A stretch of 64,000 nt of DNA from the NCBI GenBank assembly GCA_965116875.1, contig OZ220733.1:2880001-2944000 (forward strand), read 5' to 3'. The translations under genes were made by a program, and so were the position numbers. A model generated the notes under the pieces. It ran no database searches. It saw only the letters and a program-made list of their open reading frames with translations, and had not been told where the DNA came from. Each line of letters begins with the position of its first letter. Within the stretch, counting starts at the first letter, position 1. Source of the stretch: Candidatus Latescibacterota bacterium (GTDB lineage Bacteria; Latescibacterota; UBA2968; GCA-2709665). Below are positions 10,893-20,108 of this stretch, piece after piece.

Positions 10893-13646
10893 ATGATGCG
10901 TATCTTTACGAAATCAGGATGGGCAGGGGTCTGCACACTCGCTGCCTCGATGGCGGTTTCATGGAGTTCAAGTTTCGGGGGCGAGCACGTGAATATCCGG
11001 GACCTGCTGGGAGACCGGGGAATCAGCGGGACGTTGCTGGAGGCCGAACGCACGCATCCCTATCTCTTCTTCTCGGCCGAAGACGTGCCGCGTCTGCGCG
11101 AAATGGCCGGGCGGGAACCGTACCGGACGTGCGCCGAGGGGATCGTCCGGGCGGCCAGGCTGACGTTGGGAAACCCGATTCCGAAAGAACCGCCTGCGGG
11201 AGCGGCCGACAGCCGTCTGCCCGATGGCCGTTACGACGAATCGTTTCTGAAGGCGACCTACGATTTCCTGTCCTATGCGTACGCGATGCAATACTACGGC
11301 CCATTGTACGCGTTCGCCTACCTGCTGACGGAGGAGGAGGTTTTCGCGCAGCGCGCCAAGGCGTGGGCGCTGGCGTACGCGGAATGGGAGAACTGGGGTC
11401 CGGCGGCCGATCCATGGGATATGGAGGCGGCCATGATCCTGTCCGGAGCGGTGATCGTCTACGATTGGATTCCCGATCGATTCTCGCGAGCGGAACGTGA
11501 ACGTCTGCTCGCGGGACTGCGCGAGAAGGGGCGGAAGCTGTGCGAGAAGGATGCGTATTGGCTGACGCAGGACCCGGCGGCGCGTCGGGGGTCGCTTGCG
11601 AATAACCACAGGTGGCGGAGCATACCGCTTGAGGGACTGGCGGGGCTGGGGCTGCTCTACGAAGTCGAAGAGGCGCGGGACTGGCTGGATATGGGGCTGG
11701 TGCTCACGCGGGATTACCTCCTGCCCGCGGCCTACGGGAGGGACGGAGAGCGGATGGAGGGACGCGGCTGGCTGGGGGTCTGTCTGAGCGACGGGGGTCG
11801 GTTTATGGAGGCGCTGGCGCGAAACGGCGGGCCGGACCTGTTCGATACCGGGCCGCTGCGCCGGTTGTCGCACTTTCTGACTTTCGGGATGGAGATGTAC
11901 AGGTCGCGCGGGCACTACAACGATCGGCCAGGCCTTCTGGCGCACGCCGCAAGATTGCGGGACCCGGCGCTTCAATGGCTGGCCCTGAAGCACGATCTGC
12001 GACCGGATATGAAGGGATACCCGGCGTACTGGTATAACCGGGATAAAGTGCTTTATCAGCCTCAGACCTTTTATACGGTTTCCCTGCGGTGGGATGCCGG
12101 GTCCGGCGGGATGCGGGTCGAAGTGAATGGCGTCGTGCGGGACCTGCAGGATATCGAACGCGTGGAAGGGATCGACAGGGTCACGCTTCAGGTTGAGGGC
12201 GACCGCGTCGACGTCGCTTCTCTGGAGGTCCTGGACGCCGCCGGGGGCGTCGTGGATCGGCTGGATGGACCGGTGGCGCTGACGGATGAACGGCGGGAGA
12301 CGGCCCTCGGATTCGCCGGCATGCGCGCCGGCGAGATCCGGGCTTCCCTGCGTAAGTACCGATCGTACACCGGGCAGGCAATGCTGATGCTGATGTCTGG
12401 AGCGCGGCGTGTGAGGGGAGTCGCATTCACAGGCGAACACGAGATTGCCAAGGCGGTTGAGGAGATGGACGGAACGTATACGCTGGGAGTTGCGGCGGCG
12501 AAGGGGCTCTATTTCCACGGGCCCTGGGAGTTCCTGTTCTACGACGAAAGCCTGGCGCCGGCGGCGCCGAAGCAGGATGCGACCGGGTTTCACTTCCGGG
12601 ACCTGGGGCTGGTGAAGTTCCACGACACGCTGCACACGGAAGGGGTGCACGTCACGTTCACGTCCGGACCCGAAGTGAGCAAGGAACAGGGGGACAAGAA
12701 TGCGTTTACGCTCAGCGCGTTCGGGGAGCGGCTGTTGGCGCCGCTACGGACCCCGAAGACGGGGGAGGCGGCGCTTACGCAGGCGCAGTACGATCTGACG
12801 GCCTGGTACCGGGGCACACCGGGGCGAAACACGATTCTGGTGGATGGACGGGGACAGCCGACGGTACACGAGGAAAGCCCTGTGCCGCGTGAGTACGAAT
12901 TGCAATGGCTGGGACCGGAGGACGTTGCGAAGAGCGGCCGGATCGAGGCGACCTTTTTCTCCAGGGACTACGACTACGCAAGAGGGGAGGCGGCGCACGC
13001 GTACCGGCCCCTGCTGGAGACCTACCGGCGCCACCTGATGTTCCTGAAGCCGCAGGGCGACCCGGACCTGCGGTACCTGGTGCTGTTCGATGAAATCGAA
13101 ACCGCCGGGAGGCAACCAAGACAGATCGAGTGGCGGCTGCTGAGCCCGATCGGCAAGGTGACAGTCGCCGGCGGGACGTCCAGAATCGAGGGACGCGCGG
13201 CATGGATGCACATCAGGCACCTCTGGCCTGAGGCGTCAACCGTCAGGATCGATTCCACGCCCGCGCCCCGGGATGCGGATCGGCAGCCCTATCTGCGGTT
13301 TCCGACGCCGGAACCCATGGAAAAGGCGCACTACCTTCACCTGCTTCAGCCGCTGCGTTCCGCTGAGGCCGAACCGGTTTCGGCGACGCGGGTGATGGGG
13401 CAAGGCGGGATCGGCATCCGGGTAAGCGGCCCTGATGGAACCGCTCTGGCGGTCTTCAGAACGGGAGAGGATACAGTCATCGCGGGCGAGCTGACCACGG
13501 ACGCCCTCGCCAGTCTGGTGCGAAGGGGAACGGACGGCGGCGGGTCGTTGGTCGTACACGGCGGGACGTTTGCCGAGTTGGACGGGAGACGCGTCTTCAA
13601 TTCCGAGGATCAAACGAGCGTTCGGGTCGAGTTACCGGTTGAGTAG
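10893..13646 (+). CDS. Secreted heparinase II/III-like (DUF4962-type) polysaccharide lyase-like protein
   Basis: 917 aa. Signal peptide, HPYLFFS, (alpha/alpha) region with YDWI and NNH, C-terminal D.N.F.L..FGE.L, NTILVDG.GQ and YARGEA..AY motifs. Confidence 0.75.
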   Translation: MMRIFTKSGWAGVCTLAASMAVSWSSSFGGEHVNIRDLLGDRGISGTLLEAERTHPYLFFSAEDVPRLREMAGREPYRTCAEGIVRAARLTLGNPIPKEPPAGAADSRLPDGRYDESFLKATYDFLSYAYAMQYYGPLYAFAYLLTEEEVFAQRAKAWALAYAEWENWGPAADPWDMEAAMILSGAVIVYDWIPDRFSRAERERLLAGLREKGRKLCEKDAYWLTQDPAARRGSLANNHRWRSIPLEGLAGLGLLYEVEEARDWLDMGLVLTRDYLLPAAYGRDGERMEGRGWLGVCLSDGGRFMEALARNGGPDLFDTGPLRRLSHFLTFGMEMYRSRGHYNDRPGLLAHAARLRDPALQWLALKHDLRPDMKGYPAYWYNRDKVLYQPQTFYTVSLRWDAGSGGMRVEVNGVVRDLQDIERVEGIDRVTLQVEGDRVDVASLEVLDAAGGVVDRLDGPVALTDERRETALGFAGMRAGEIRASLRKYRSYTGQAMLMLMSGARRVRGVAFTGEHEIAKAVEEMDGTYTLGVAAAKGLYFHGPWEFLFYDESLAPAAPKQDATGFHFRDLGLVKFHDTLHTEGVHVTFTSGPEVSKEQGDKNAFTLSAFGERLLAPLRTPKTGEAALTQAQYDLTAWYRGTPGRNTILVDGRGQPTVHEESPVPREYELQWLGPEDVAKSGRIEATFFSRDYDYARGEAAHAYRPLLETYRRHLMFLKPQGDPDLRYLVLFDEIETAGRQPRQIEWRLLSPIGKVTVAGGTSRIEGRAAWMHIRHLWPEASTVRIDSTPAPRDADRQPYLRFPTPEPMEKAHYLHLLQPLRSAEAEPVSATRVMGQGGIGIRVSGPDGTALAVFRTGEDTVIAGELTTDALASLVRRGTDGGGSLVVHGGTFAELDGRRVFNSEDQTSVRVELPVE

Positions 13647-13763
13647 GCACGGACGATCATACGTGTGGCAGGCAAATCCGGACGACGACGCGTGGTACGG
13701 AGCGGAGGTTGCCGAGGCCGCATCCTTGATGTCGTAGAGGTATTTGAGTATTTCAGAGTCCAT
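13632..13763 (-). pseudogene. Truncated HEPN/DUF86 toxin remnant
   Basis: ATG at 13763 overlaps the end of the MNT gene. The first ~16 codons (MDSEILKYLYDIKDAA) resemble DUF86 N-termini; the frame then runs into unrelated sequence and stops at 13632. Confidence 0.55.
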
Positions 13764-14049
13764 AGATGTTTACCCTTTCGTCAAGGATGCTGCGACGAAA
13801 GTAGGGGTTCTTGAGTCCGTTGAACGTAAGCAGGTCAACCTTGAAATTCAGCTTGTCCTCGAGATGGTGTAAAAGCCCAAAAAACCCCTTCGAAGGAAAC
13901 GAAGTAGGATCCTCGAACTCCACGATTAAATCCACGTCGCTGATCGCGGTACCCTGGCCCCGGCTCAATGATCCGAACAGATCCAATCTTTTTACCCTGA
14001 ATTCCCGACATGCAGGAACAGCGATTTCCTTTATTTTCTCTATCGTCAC
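13753..14049 (-). CDS. Minimal nucleotidyltransferase (MNT/MntA antitoxin family)
   Basis: ~98 aa from GTG 14049. LDLFGSLSRG...SDVDLIVEF...KVDLL motif; locally AT-rich. Confidence 0.85.
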   Translation of the reverse strand: MTIEKIKEIAVPACREFRVKRLDLFGSLSRGQGTAISDVDLIVEFEDPTSFPSKGFFGLLHHLEDKLNFKVDLLTFNGLKNPYFRRSILDERVNIYGL

Positions 14050-14184
14050 TGGATAGAATCTCCAAATTGAGGTAAAGACACTATTACCATTAAGATACGC
14101 GAATTGACGCAAGCTGTCACGCACATTCCGTGCATTCAAACGTGAATTCCTGCTGCGTTTGAATTCCACCTGAAGGAAAGTTCG

Positions 14185-16014
14185 ATGGTCGAGGGACGTC
14201 TTGACAGCTTGAAGGACATGCGCCTGACCACGGATCTTCGTGAAGGGGCGGAGATCGTGGCGCCTCTCGATTCGGACTGGGCGCCTCTTGGCCGGCGGCT
14301 GCGGGAGATGATCCGGACGGTTGCGGGCGTGGATCTTCCGATCGTGGATCCGGCCGCGCTTTCACCCGTGCCCGAGGGCCGGCACCGCGTGCTGCTGGGC
14401 AACGCGATGGTTAACGATTCGATCATGGCGCTTTACCGCCGGCAATATGCTTTCGTCGACGAATTCTATCCTGGCGGGGACGGGTACGCAATCCGTACGG
14501 TACACAATCCGGAGAATTGCGGCTATAACGCGTTGCTGGTGGGCGCAAGCCGGGTGGAGGGGGCGGTCGCCGCACTCGAGACGCTGCAGGGCGTCCTGGA
14601 AAAGACCCGGGGGCGTTTGGGATATACGAATCTGTCCCGGTCGGACGTCCACGAGACATTGCTGCCGGAAATGACGCCGGAGGACTTCCGCGAATGGGTG
14701 GCCGAGATGTACCGGGACAATCTCAGTTACTACCCTGTCGAACAGGGTACCTTCCTGGGTCTGGCCCACCACCTGACCCACGATCCCGGCTGCGCGCGCA
14801 TGTTCCGGGACGCGCTCTTCTACTACGAGGACCTGGTGAGGAACCGCTATGGCGGGAATTGGCTGTTCGAGCATATGCTGTTCATCTATTCCTGGGCGTG
14901 GCGGCTGTTCCTGGTCTGGGACCTGATCGAGGAGAGCGATGCGTTTACAGACGCGGACCGTCTCCGGATCACAAACATCCTGTGGGGGTTGGCGAACTAC
15001 GTGGCCGGCACCCACTATTTCAATGGCGATGCGCCGCCGGCTCCGGAGATCCGGCAGAACCACTGGACGTTTGCCGGACTGAGCGGGTCGATCAGCGCGG
15101 GTTATTTCGAAACCTACTACGGGATCACGCGATTCGAGACGCAGAAACGGTTCTCCAGGGCGGTTTTCGACGGGCAGGCGAAAAGCTACAAGCCGAACGA
15201 CGATGCGGGCGGAGGGTGGTGGGGCTATTGCTGGCTGGCGCCTTACCACCAGGTCATTTATGATCTGAAGCGTGACGATTTCCGCTTTCTTGAAGACGGC
15301 CAGCTCAAAACCTTCGCCGACTACGGCATACAGGTGACGGACAATCTGGGGGTTCCCGTGAGCTTCGGCGATATGTGGTCCTATATCGAGCCGGGGCGGT
15401 ATGCCGTGGCGCTCAGGAACAAGACCATCTCGCTTGAGCTCTCGATGGCGCTCTGTACGGCGGCATGGTACTACGAGGACAGCAGCTATCTCTGGGCGCT
15501 GGACTGGATGGGCGGCGCGCCGTATCCCGGCTGTTATTACCGTGCGCTTCCGAAACACGCGCCCGACAGGCTGGCCGGGGTCACCGTGGCGCCGTTCAAC
15601 CGTTCGCTTTACGATTGGGTGGAGCGGCACGCGCGCGGAGGAGCGAACGTGCCGATGGAGGAAGCGTTCGACAAGCTGGTTCTGCGCGGCGGGTTCGGCA
15701 GGGACGATGAATACCTCCTGCTGGACGGGACGTCGACGTTCGCACACGGGCACGAGGACGGCAACTCGATCGAACGGCTGACGTGGAAGGGGCGGATGTG
15801 GCTGGCGGAGTTGGACTACATCTGGAAACGTCCTCGTCATCACTCGTCAATCGTGTCGATCTGCGAAGGTGAAACCGCCGAGATGCCGCCGCTGGCGGCG
15901 TTGAAGTGGGCGGAGAGGTTCGGGAGCGCGGCGTTCACACGCACGGTCGTGCCGGGATACACGGGTTGGACTGGACGCGGGATATCTTCTGGGTCAAGGG
16001 CGGGTTCTTTCTGA
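14185..16014 (+). CDS. Heparinase II/III-like protein, N-terminal part of a frameshifted ~1220-aa gene
   Basis: QNHW and HGHEDGNSI motifs. Coding character passes into another frame at ~15961. Confidence 0.7.
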   Translation: MVEGRLDSLKDMRLTTDLREGAEIVAPLDSDWAPLGRRLREMIRTVAGVDLPIVDPAALSPVPEGRHRVLLGNAMVNDSIMALYRRQYAFVDEFYPGGDGYAIRTVHNPENCGYNALLVGASRVEGAVAALETLQGVLEKTRGRLGYTNLSRSDVHETLLPEMTPEDFREWVAEMYRDNLSYYPVEQGTFLGLAHHLTHDPGCARMFRDALFYYEDLVRNRYGGNWLFEHMLFIYSWAWRLFLVWDLIEESDAFTDADRLRITNILWGLANYVAGTHYFNGDAPPAPEIRQNHWTFAGLSGSISAGYFETYYGITRFETQKRFSRAVFDGQAKSYKPNDDAGGGWWGYCWLAPYHQVIYDLKRDDFRFLEDGQLKTFADYGIQVTDNLGVPVSFGDMWSYIEPGRYAVALRNKTISLELSMALCTAAWYYEDSSYLWALDWMGGAPYPGCYYRALPKHAPDRLAGVTVAPFNRSLYDWVERHARGGANVPMEEAFDKLVLRGGFGRDDEYLLLDGTSTFAHGHEDGNSIERLTWKGRMWLAELDYIWKRPRHHSSIVSICEGETAEMPPLAALKWAERFGSAAFTRTVVPGYTGWTGRGISSGSRAGSF

Positions 16015-17849
16015 TCGCGGACTCGCTGCGGCTGCTCAGGGAGGCGGATTACGATCTGAGGTGCCTCTGGCGGACGCTCGGGGATGTAAGGCAGCGCGAT
16101 CCCGAACTGACCGTGGAACAGGAGGGCGTGTATTTCCGCATTCTGAATGCGGATGATTCTGAAAAGTCGCTCCTGACGGAAGAAGCCCGCGTTGCGGGAA
16201 CCGACCCTTACGAACTGTATCCGTTTGCAGACGGCCCGATCCGGATCTTCAGCCAGCACAAGGCGCTGCACGGTCGACGCGGCGACGTGGAGCGTTTTTT
16301 CAACCTGATGGCGGCGGGGACGGAAGCGGAGATCGATTCCTGGCGGTTCGAGCGAATCGGCGAGGGCATGGTGCGGGTGGGGCATCCGGACGGCCCATCT
16401 GTATTCGGCATTGTCGATGGGGAGGCGCGGATTGGGGCCGTCAGGATTGTCGCCGGCGCTTTCGCGTTGACCAAATCGTCCCAGACGTTGCTTGACGCGA
16501 CGGGCCTTTGGGCCGATGGAGCGATGTTTGAGAGCGACGCGCCGGTGCATATCGTACTCCATCCGGGCGAGGGCGAAGTCCGCGCAGGAAAGGAGACTCG
16601 AGTGCGGGCGCAAGGGTTCCGTTTTGAGGGGGTGGCAGATGGTGCACCGGAGAGTCTTTCGACCGGGACGCATCGGATCTTTCTGGAGACCGGTATGGAC
16701 GACATCTTGCGTGAGGCGGTTCGGTGCGGCGCGCCCTATGTGCATCGGAAAGCGCCGGGGACGCACGGGTTCGTGCCAAAGGACACGCCGCTCAGGCGTC
16801 TCTGGGAGACAAACGTCGGGGGACCGGTCCGATGCGTCGGTGCGAGCCGTGACTGGATCGCCGTCGGAACAGCCGGCGGGCAGGTACTCTTGCTTGACCC
16901 CGGCGGGCGGGTCCGGTGGAAGCGCGAGACCGGTGGCGAAGTGCGCGCCGTGCACCTTGCGGACATGGAAGAAGGACGGCTTCTGGCCGGGGGACGGGAC
17001 CACGCGCTGACGCTGTTCGATTCAAAGGGTGAGGTCTGCTGGAAGCGCGCGTTTTCACAGTCGCACGGGGTGGACCAGAACGTGAACGCGGTGACCACGG
17101 CGGATCTTGCGGGAAACGGCAAGCCGGTCATCCTGACGGCAACGGACGGGTGGCTGGTGTGGGCGCTGGCGCCGGACGGAGAGGAGGTCTGGCAGCGGCA
17201 GATCGAACACCACGCCGCGCGGACGCTGGTGGTGGGGGACGTGGAGGGAGACGGCAGGCAGGAAATCCTGGTGGGTGCTGAATATTACACGTCGAATCTG
17301 CTGGAGTCCGACGGGAGGATCCGGTGGACCGTCAACGGGGGACCGTGTTTTTCGGCGCTAGCCCTCGCGGACCTGAATGGAGACGGCGTGAAGGAATCGA
17401 TCTACGGCGCCATGGACGGAAATGTCTATGCGGTCGATTCGATATCCGGAAGGACCCTCTGGACGGCCAACCTGGGGGACGACGTCCGGCATGGCGTGAC
17501 CGTTGGGGGAAACGGATTCGCGGCGGGAAGCGTAAGCGGGCACGTGGCGCTGTTGACCGGCGGGGGCGGGAAGCGCTGGCGCCGCGACCTCGACGGGGCC
17601 GTGACCGGGCTTCTCCTTATCGGGACTGGCGACTTGGGGATGATCGTGGCGGGGACTTCAGACGGCTGGATCGTGTTCCTGTCTCTTGAGGGGGAAGTTG
17701 TGGGCAGCCACCGCATGGAAGCCGGCGTGACCGTGTTAAAGTCCCTGACGGTGCAAGGAGAGTCCGCCCTTCTTGTTGGGACGGAGGGCGGCAGCGTGAG
17801 CGCCCTCAGTCCCGATCCGGCGGCATTCGATTTGCGCATCAATCCCTGA
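15906..17849 (+). CDS. C-terminal part of the same gene: beta-sandwich plus PQQ/FG-GAP-like beta-propeller
   Basis: Begins (G)LDWTRDIFWVKG.FFLIAD, which continues the lyase domain. Later ADLAGNG, GDVEGDGRQEI, ADLNGDGVKE and Trp-containing propeller repeats. No credible independent start. Confidence 0.7.
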   Translation: MGGEVRERGVHTHGRAGIHGLDWTRDIFWVKGGFFLIADSLRLLREADYDLRCLWRTLGDVRQRDPELTVEQEGVYFRILNADDSEKSLLTEEARVAGTDPYELYPFADGPIRIFSQHKALHGRRGDVERFFNLMAAGTEAEIDSWRFERIGEGMVRVGHPDGPSVFGIVDGEARIGAVRIVAGAFALTKSSQTLLDATGLWADGAMFESDAPVHIVLHPGEGEVRAGKETRVRAQGFRFEGVADGAPESLSTGTHRIFLETGMDDILREAVRCGAPYVHRKAPGTHGFVPKDTPLRRLWETNVGGPVRCVGASRDWIAVGTAGGQVLLLDPGGRVRWKRETGGEVRAVHLADMEEGRLLAGGRDHALTLFDSKGEVCWKRAFSQSHGVDQNVNAVTTADLAGNGKPVILTATDGWLVWALAPDGEEVWQRQIEHHAARTLVVGDVEGDGRQEILVGAEYYTSNLLESDGRIRWTVNGGPCFSALALADLNGDGVKESIYGAMDGNVYAVDSISGRTLWTANLGDDVRHGVTVGGNGFAAGSVSGHVALLTGGGGKRWRRDLDGAVTGLLLIGTGDLGMIVAGTSDGWIVFLSLEGEVVGSHRMEAGVTVLKSLTVQGESALLVGTEGGSVSALSPDPAAFDLRINP

Positions 17850-17934
17850 TCGTATACATTGGTACGTCTTTCAAACGCCGCATGAACGACATGTCATCAC
17901 GCCGTCCATACACCCGATTCCGGAGAACGATCCA

Positions 17935-18876
17935 ATGAGATTCGCACTCGTCCTGTCGCCCCTCGACGAAGAACGGATGGCCCTGGCCCGTCAGATCGGC
18001 GTGACCGACCTGGTGACGACACTCCCAAACGGCGGTCCGATCTGGGATTTTGACGCCATCGTACATCACAAGCAGCGCATTGCCGACGCGGGCCTGACGT
18101 GGTCCGTGGTGGAGTCCGTACCCATCTCGGACCGGATCACGCTGGGACTGGACGGACGGGACGAGGACATCGATGCGTACTGCCAGACCATTCGCAACCT
18201 GGGCGCAGCCGGTATCGGAATCATGTGCTGGAACTGGATGGCGGTGTTCAACTGGATGCGGACGTCCTTCACCACGCGCGGCCGGGGAAATGCGTTTGTG
18301 AGCAGCTACGATGATGTGCTGATGGAGGACGCGCCCCCAACGAAATACGGGGAAGTGAGCGAATCGCTCCTCTGGGAAACCCTGGAGTACTTTCTCGAAA
18401 GGGTCATTCCCGTGGCCGAGGAGGCCGGCGTCAAGCAGGCGCTGCACCCCGACGACCCGCCCCTCTCGCCCGTGCGGGGAATCGGCCGCATCATCACCAG
18501 CGTGGACGCGTTCCAGCGCGTCGTCGACATGGTTCCCAGCGACTGCAACGGGATTACCTTCTGCCAGGGTAACTTCGCAGCCATGGGCGCAGACGTGCCG
18601 TCCGCCATCTGCCGGTTTGCGGACAAGATCCATTTCTCTCACTTCCGCGACGTGAGAGGCACCGTACCCAGCTTCGAGGAAACCTTCCACGACGAGGGCG
18701 ACACGGATATGGCGGAATGCATCCGGGCGTACCGGGACATCGGTTTCACCGGTCCCATACGCCCCGACCACGTCCCGGTGCTGTCCGGCGAAGACAACGA
18801 TCCGCCCGGCTACACCCTGATGGGCAGGCTCTACGCCATCGGCTATATGAAGGGGCTGGTGGACGGAACGGCCTGA
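17935..18876 (+). CDS. uxuA: Mannonate dehydratase
   Basis: WSVVES.P, CWNWM..FNW.RT, LHPDDPP, GITFCQG, HFRDV, RPDHVP motifs. GGAG RBS. Confidence 0.93.
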   Translation: MRFALVLSPLDEERMALARQIGVTDLVTTLPNGGPIWDFDAIVHHKQRIADAGLTWSVVESVPISDRITLGLDGRDEDIDAYCQTIRNLGAAGIGIMCWNWMAVFNWMRTSFTTRGRGNAFVSSYDDVLMEDAPPTKYGEVSESLLWETLEYFLERVIPVAEEAGVKQALHPDDPPLSPVRGIGRIITSVDAFQRVVDMVPSDCNGITFCQGNFAAMGADVPSAICRFADKIHFSHFRDVRGTVPSFEETFHDEGDTDMAECIRAYRDIGFTGPIRPDHVPVLSGEDNDPPGYTLMGRLYAIGYMKGLVDGTA

Positions 18877-18963
18877 AACCGTTCCGAGTCTACGGAATCG
18901 TTGGTCCGGACGATTCCGCGACGTTGTCGTCAGACGTACGGTTGACTGCGAGATCGGGATTCC

Positions 18964-19932
18964 ATGCGTGAAATCAGAATCGGCGCCGCCCAGTTCGAAG
19001 CAAGAGACGCCGACAAGCCCTACAACCTTTCCCGGATCGACGCCCTTACGAGGCGGGCCGTTGACGCGGGCGCCGAAATCGTTTCCTTCCACGAGTGCTG
19101 TATTCCCGGTTATACCTTTCTGCAGACCCTCTCGCGTTCCCGAATCGCCGAGTTGGCCGAACCCGTTCCGGGCGGTCCCTCCACAAAATGCCTGATCGAC
19201 ATCGCGAGGAAATACAACGTCGCCGTCCTGGCCGGCCTCGTGGAAGCGGAAGGCGACGCCCTGTACAACACGTACGTCGCCGTGGGTCCGGATGGTTACG
19301 TCGCGAAGCACCGCAAGCTGCACGCCTTCATCAGCAGGTTCATCGACTCCGGCGATGCGTTCACCGTTTTCGAACTCCGCGGCTGCCGGGTGGGCATCCT
19401 GATCTGCTACGACAACAACCTGCCCGAAAACGTGCGCATTACCGCGATGATGGGCGCGGAGATCGTCTTCATGCCTCACGTTACCTGCGGCCTGCCCTCC
19501 GACATGCCAGGAAGGGGCGTCATCGACCGCGCGCTCTGGGAAAACCGCCATCGCGACCCGGTATCGCTCCGGCAGGAATTCAACGGCCCGAAGGGCCGGG
19601 GCTGGCTCATGCGCTGGCTGCCGGCGCGCGCCTACGAGAACGGTGTCTACGCCGTTTACACGAATCCCATAGGAGTGGATCACGATACCGTCAAGAACGG
19701 CAATTCGATGATCCTGGACCCGTTCGGCGAAATCCTGGTGGAGTCACGGGCGCTGGAGGACGACGTGGCGGTGGGGTTGCTCACACCCGACAAGATACCG
19801 GTCTCCTCCGGGTACCGCTATCTGCGCGCGCGCCGCCCGGACCTCTACGGCAAACTGGCGGAACCCCTTCCGCGTGACATGCAGGGCGGCACGAATCCGG
19901 GGTGGAAACTGAAGGTAACGGAGGACTTGTAG
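18964..19932 (+). CDS. Nitrilase/carbon-nitrogen hydrolase family protein
   Basis: Catalytic triad motifs SFHEC, HRKLH, ICYD; also ARAYEN and RRPDLY. Confidence 0.92.
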   Translation: MREIRIGAAQFEARDADKPYNLSRIDALTRRAVDAGAEIVSFHECCIPGYTFLQTLSRSRIAELAEPVPGGPSTKCLIDIARKYNVAVLAGLVEAEGDALYNTYVAVGPDGYVAKHRKLHAFISRFIDSGDAFTVFELRGCRVGILICYDNNLPENVRITAMMGAEIVFMPHVTCGLPSDMPGRGVIDRALWENRHRDPVSLRQEFNGPKGRGWLMRWLPARAYENGVYAVYTNPIGVDHDTVKNGNSMILDPFGEILVESRALEDDVAVGLLTPDKIPVSSGYRYLRARRPDLYGKLAEPLPRDMQGGTNPGWKLKVTEDL

Positions 19933-20108
19933 ATCCTTCGACGACCCTTCGACAGGCTTGCTTCGACAAGCTCAGCACGAGCAGGGCGAGTGTTCAGGGA
20001 GCGGCTCAGGAGCCCAGCTCGATGATTTTCGCTCCCTGCGTCGCGTGCGCTCCTGAACCCGGGCTCCGTATCCGTCTGACGGTACCCGAAATCCATTGAA
20101 AGGGAAAG

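Noticed and set aside
10968-12650. 560-aa minus-strand ORF, and similar long shadow ORFs at 4390-5721, 14362-15843, 17839-19683, 24612-26645, 26518-27741, 49770-51152 and 60391-61617
   Set aside because: They are antisense to well-supported genes, have no family motifs, and are expected in high-GC DNA.
15940-15990. Programmed ribosomal frameshift or phase-variable tract
   Set aside because: No X XXY YYZ slippery site or homopolymer run, only ACAC; a single-base loss or sequencing error is simpler.
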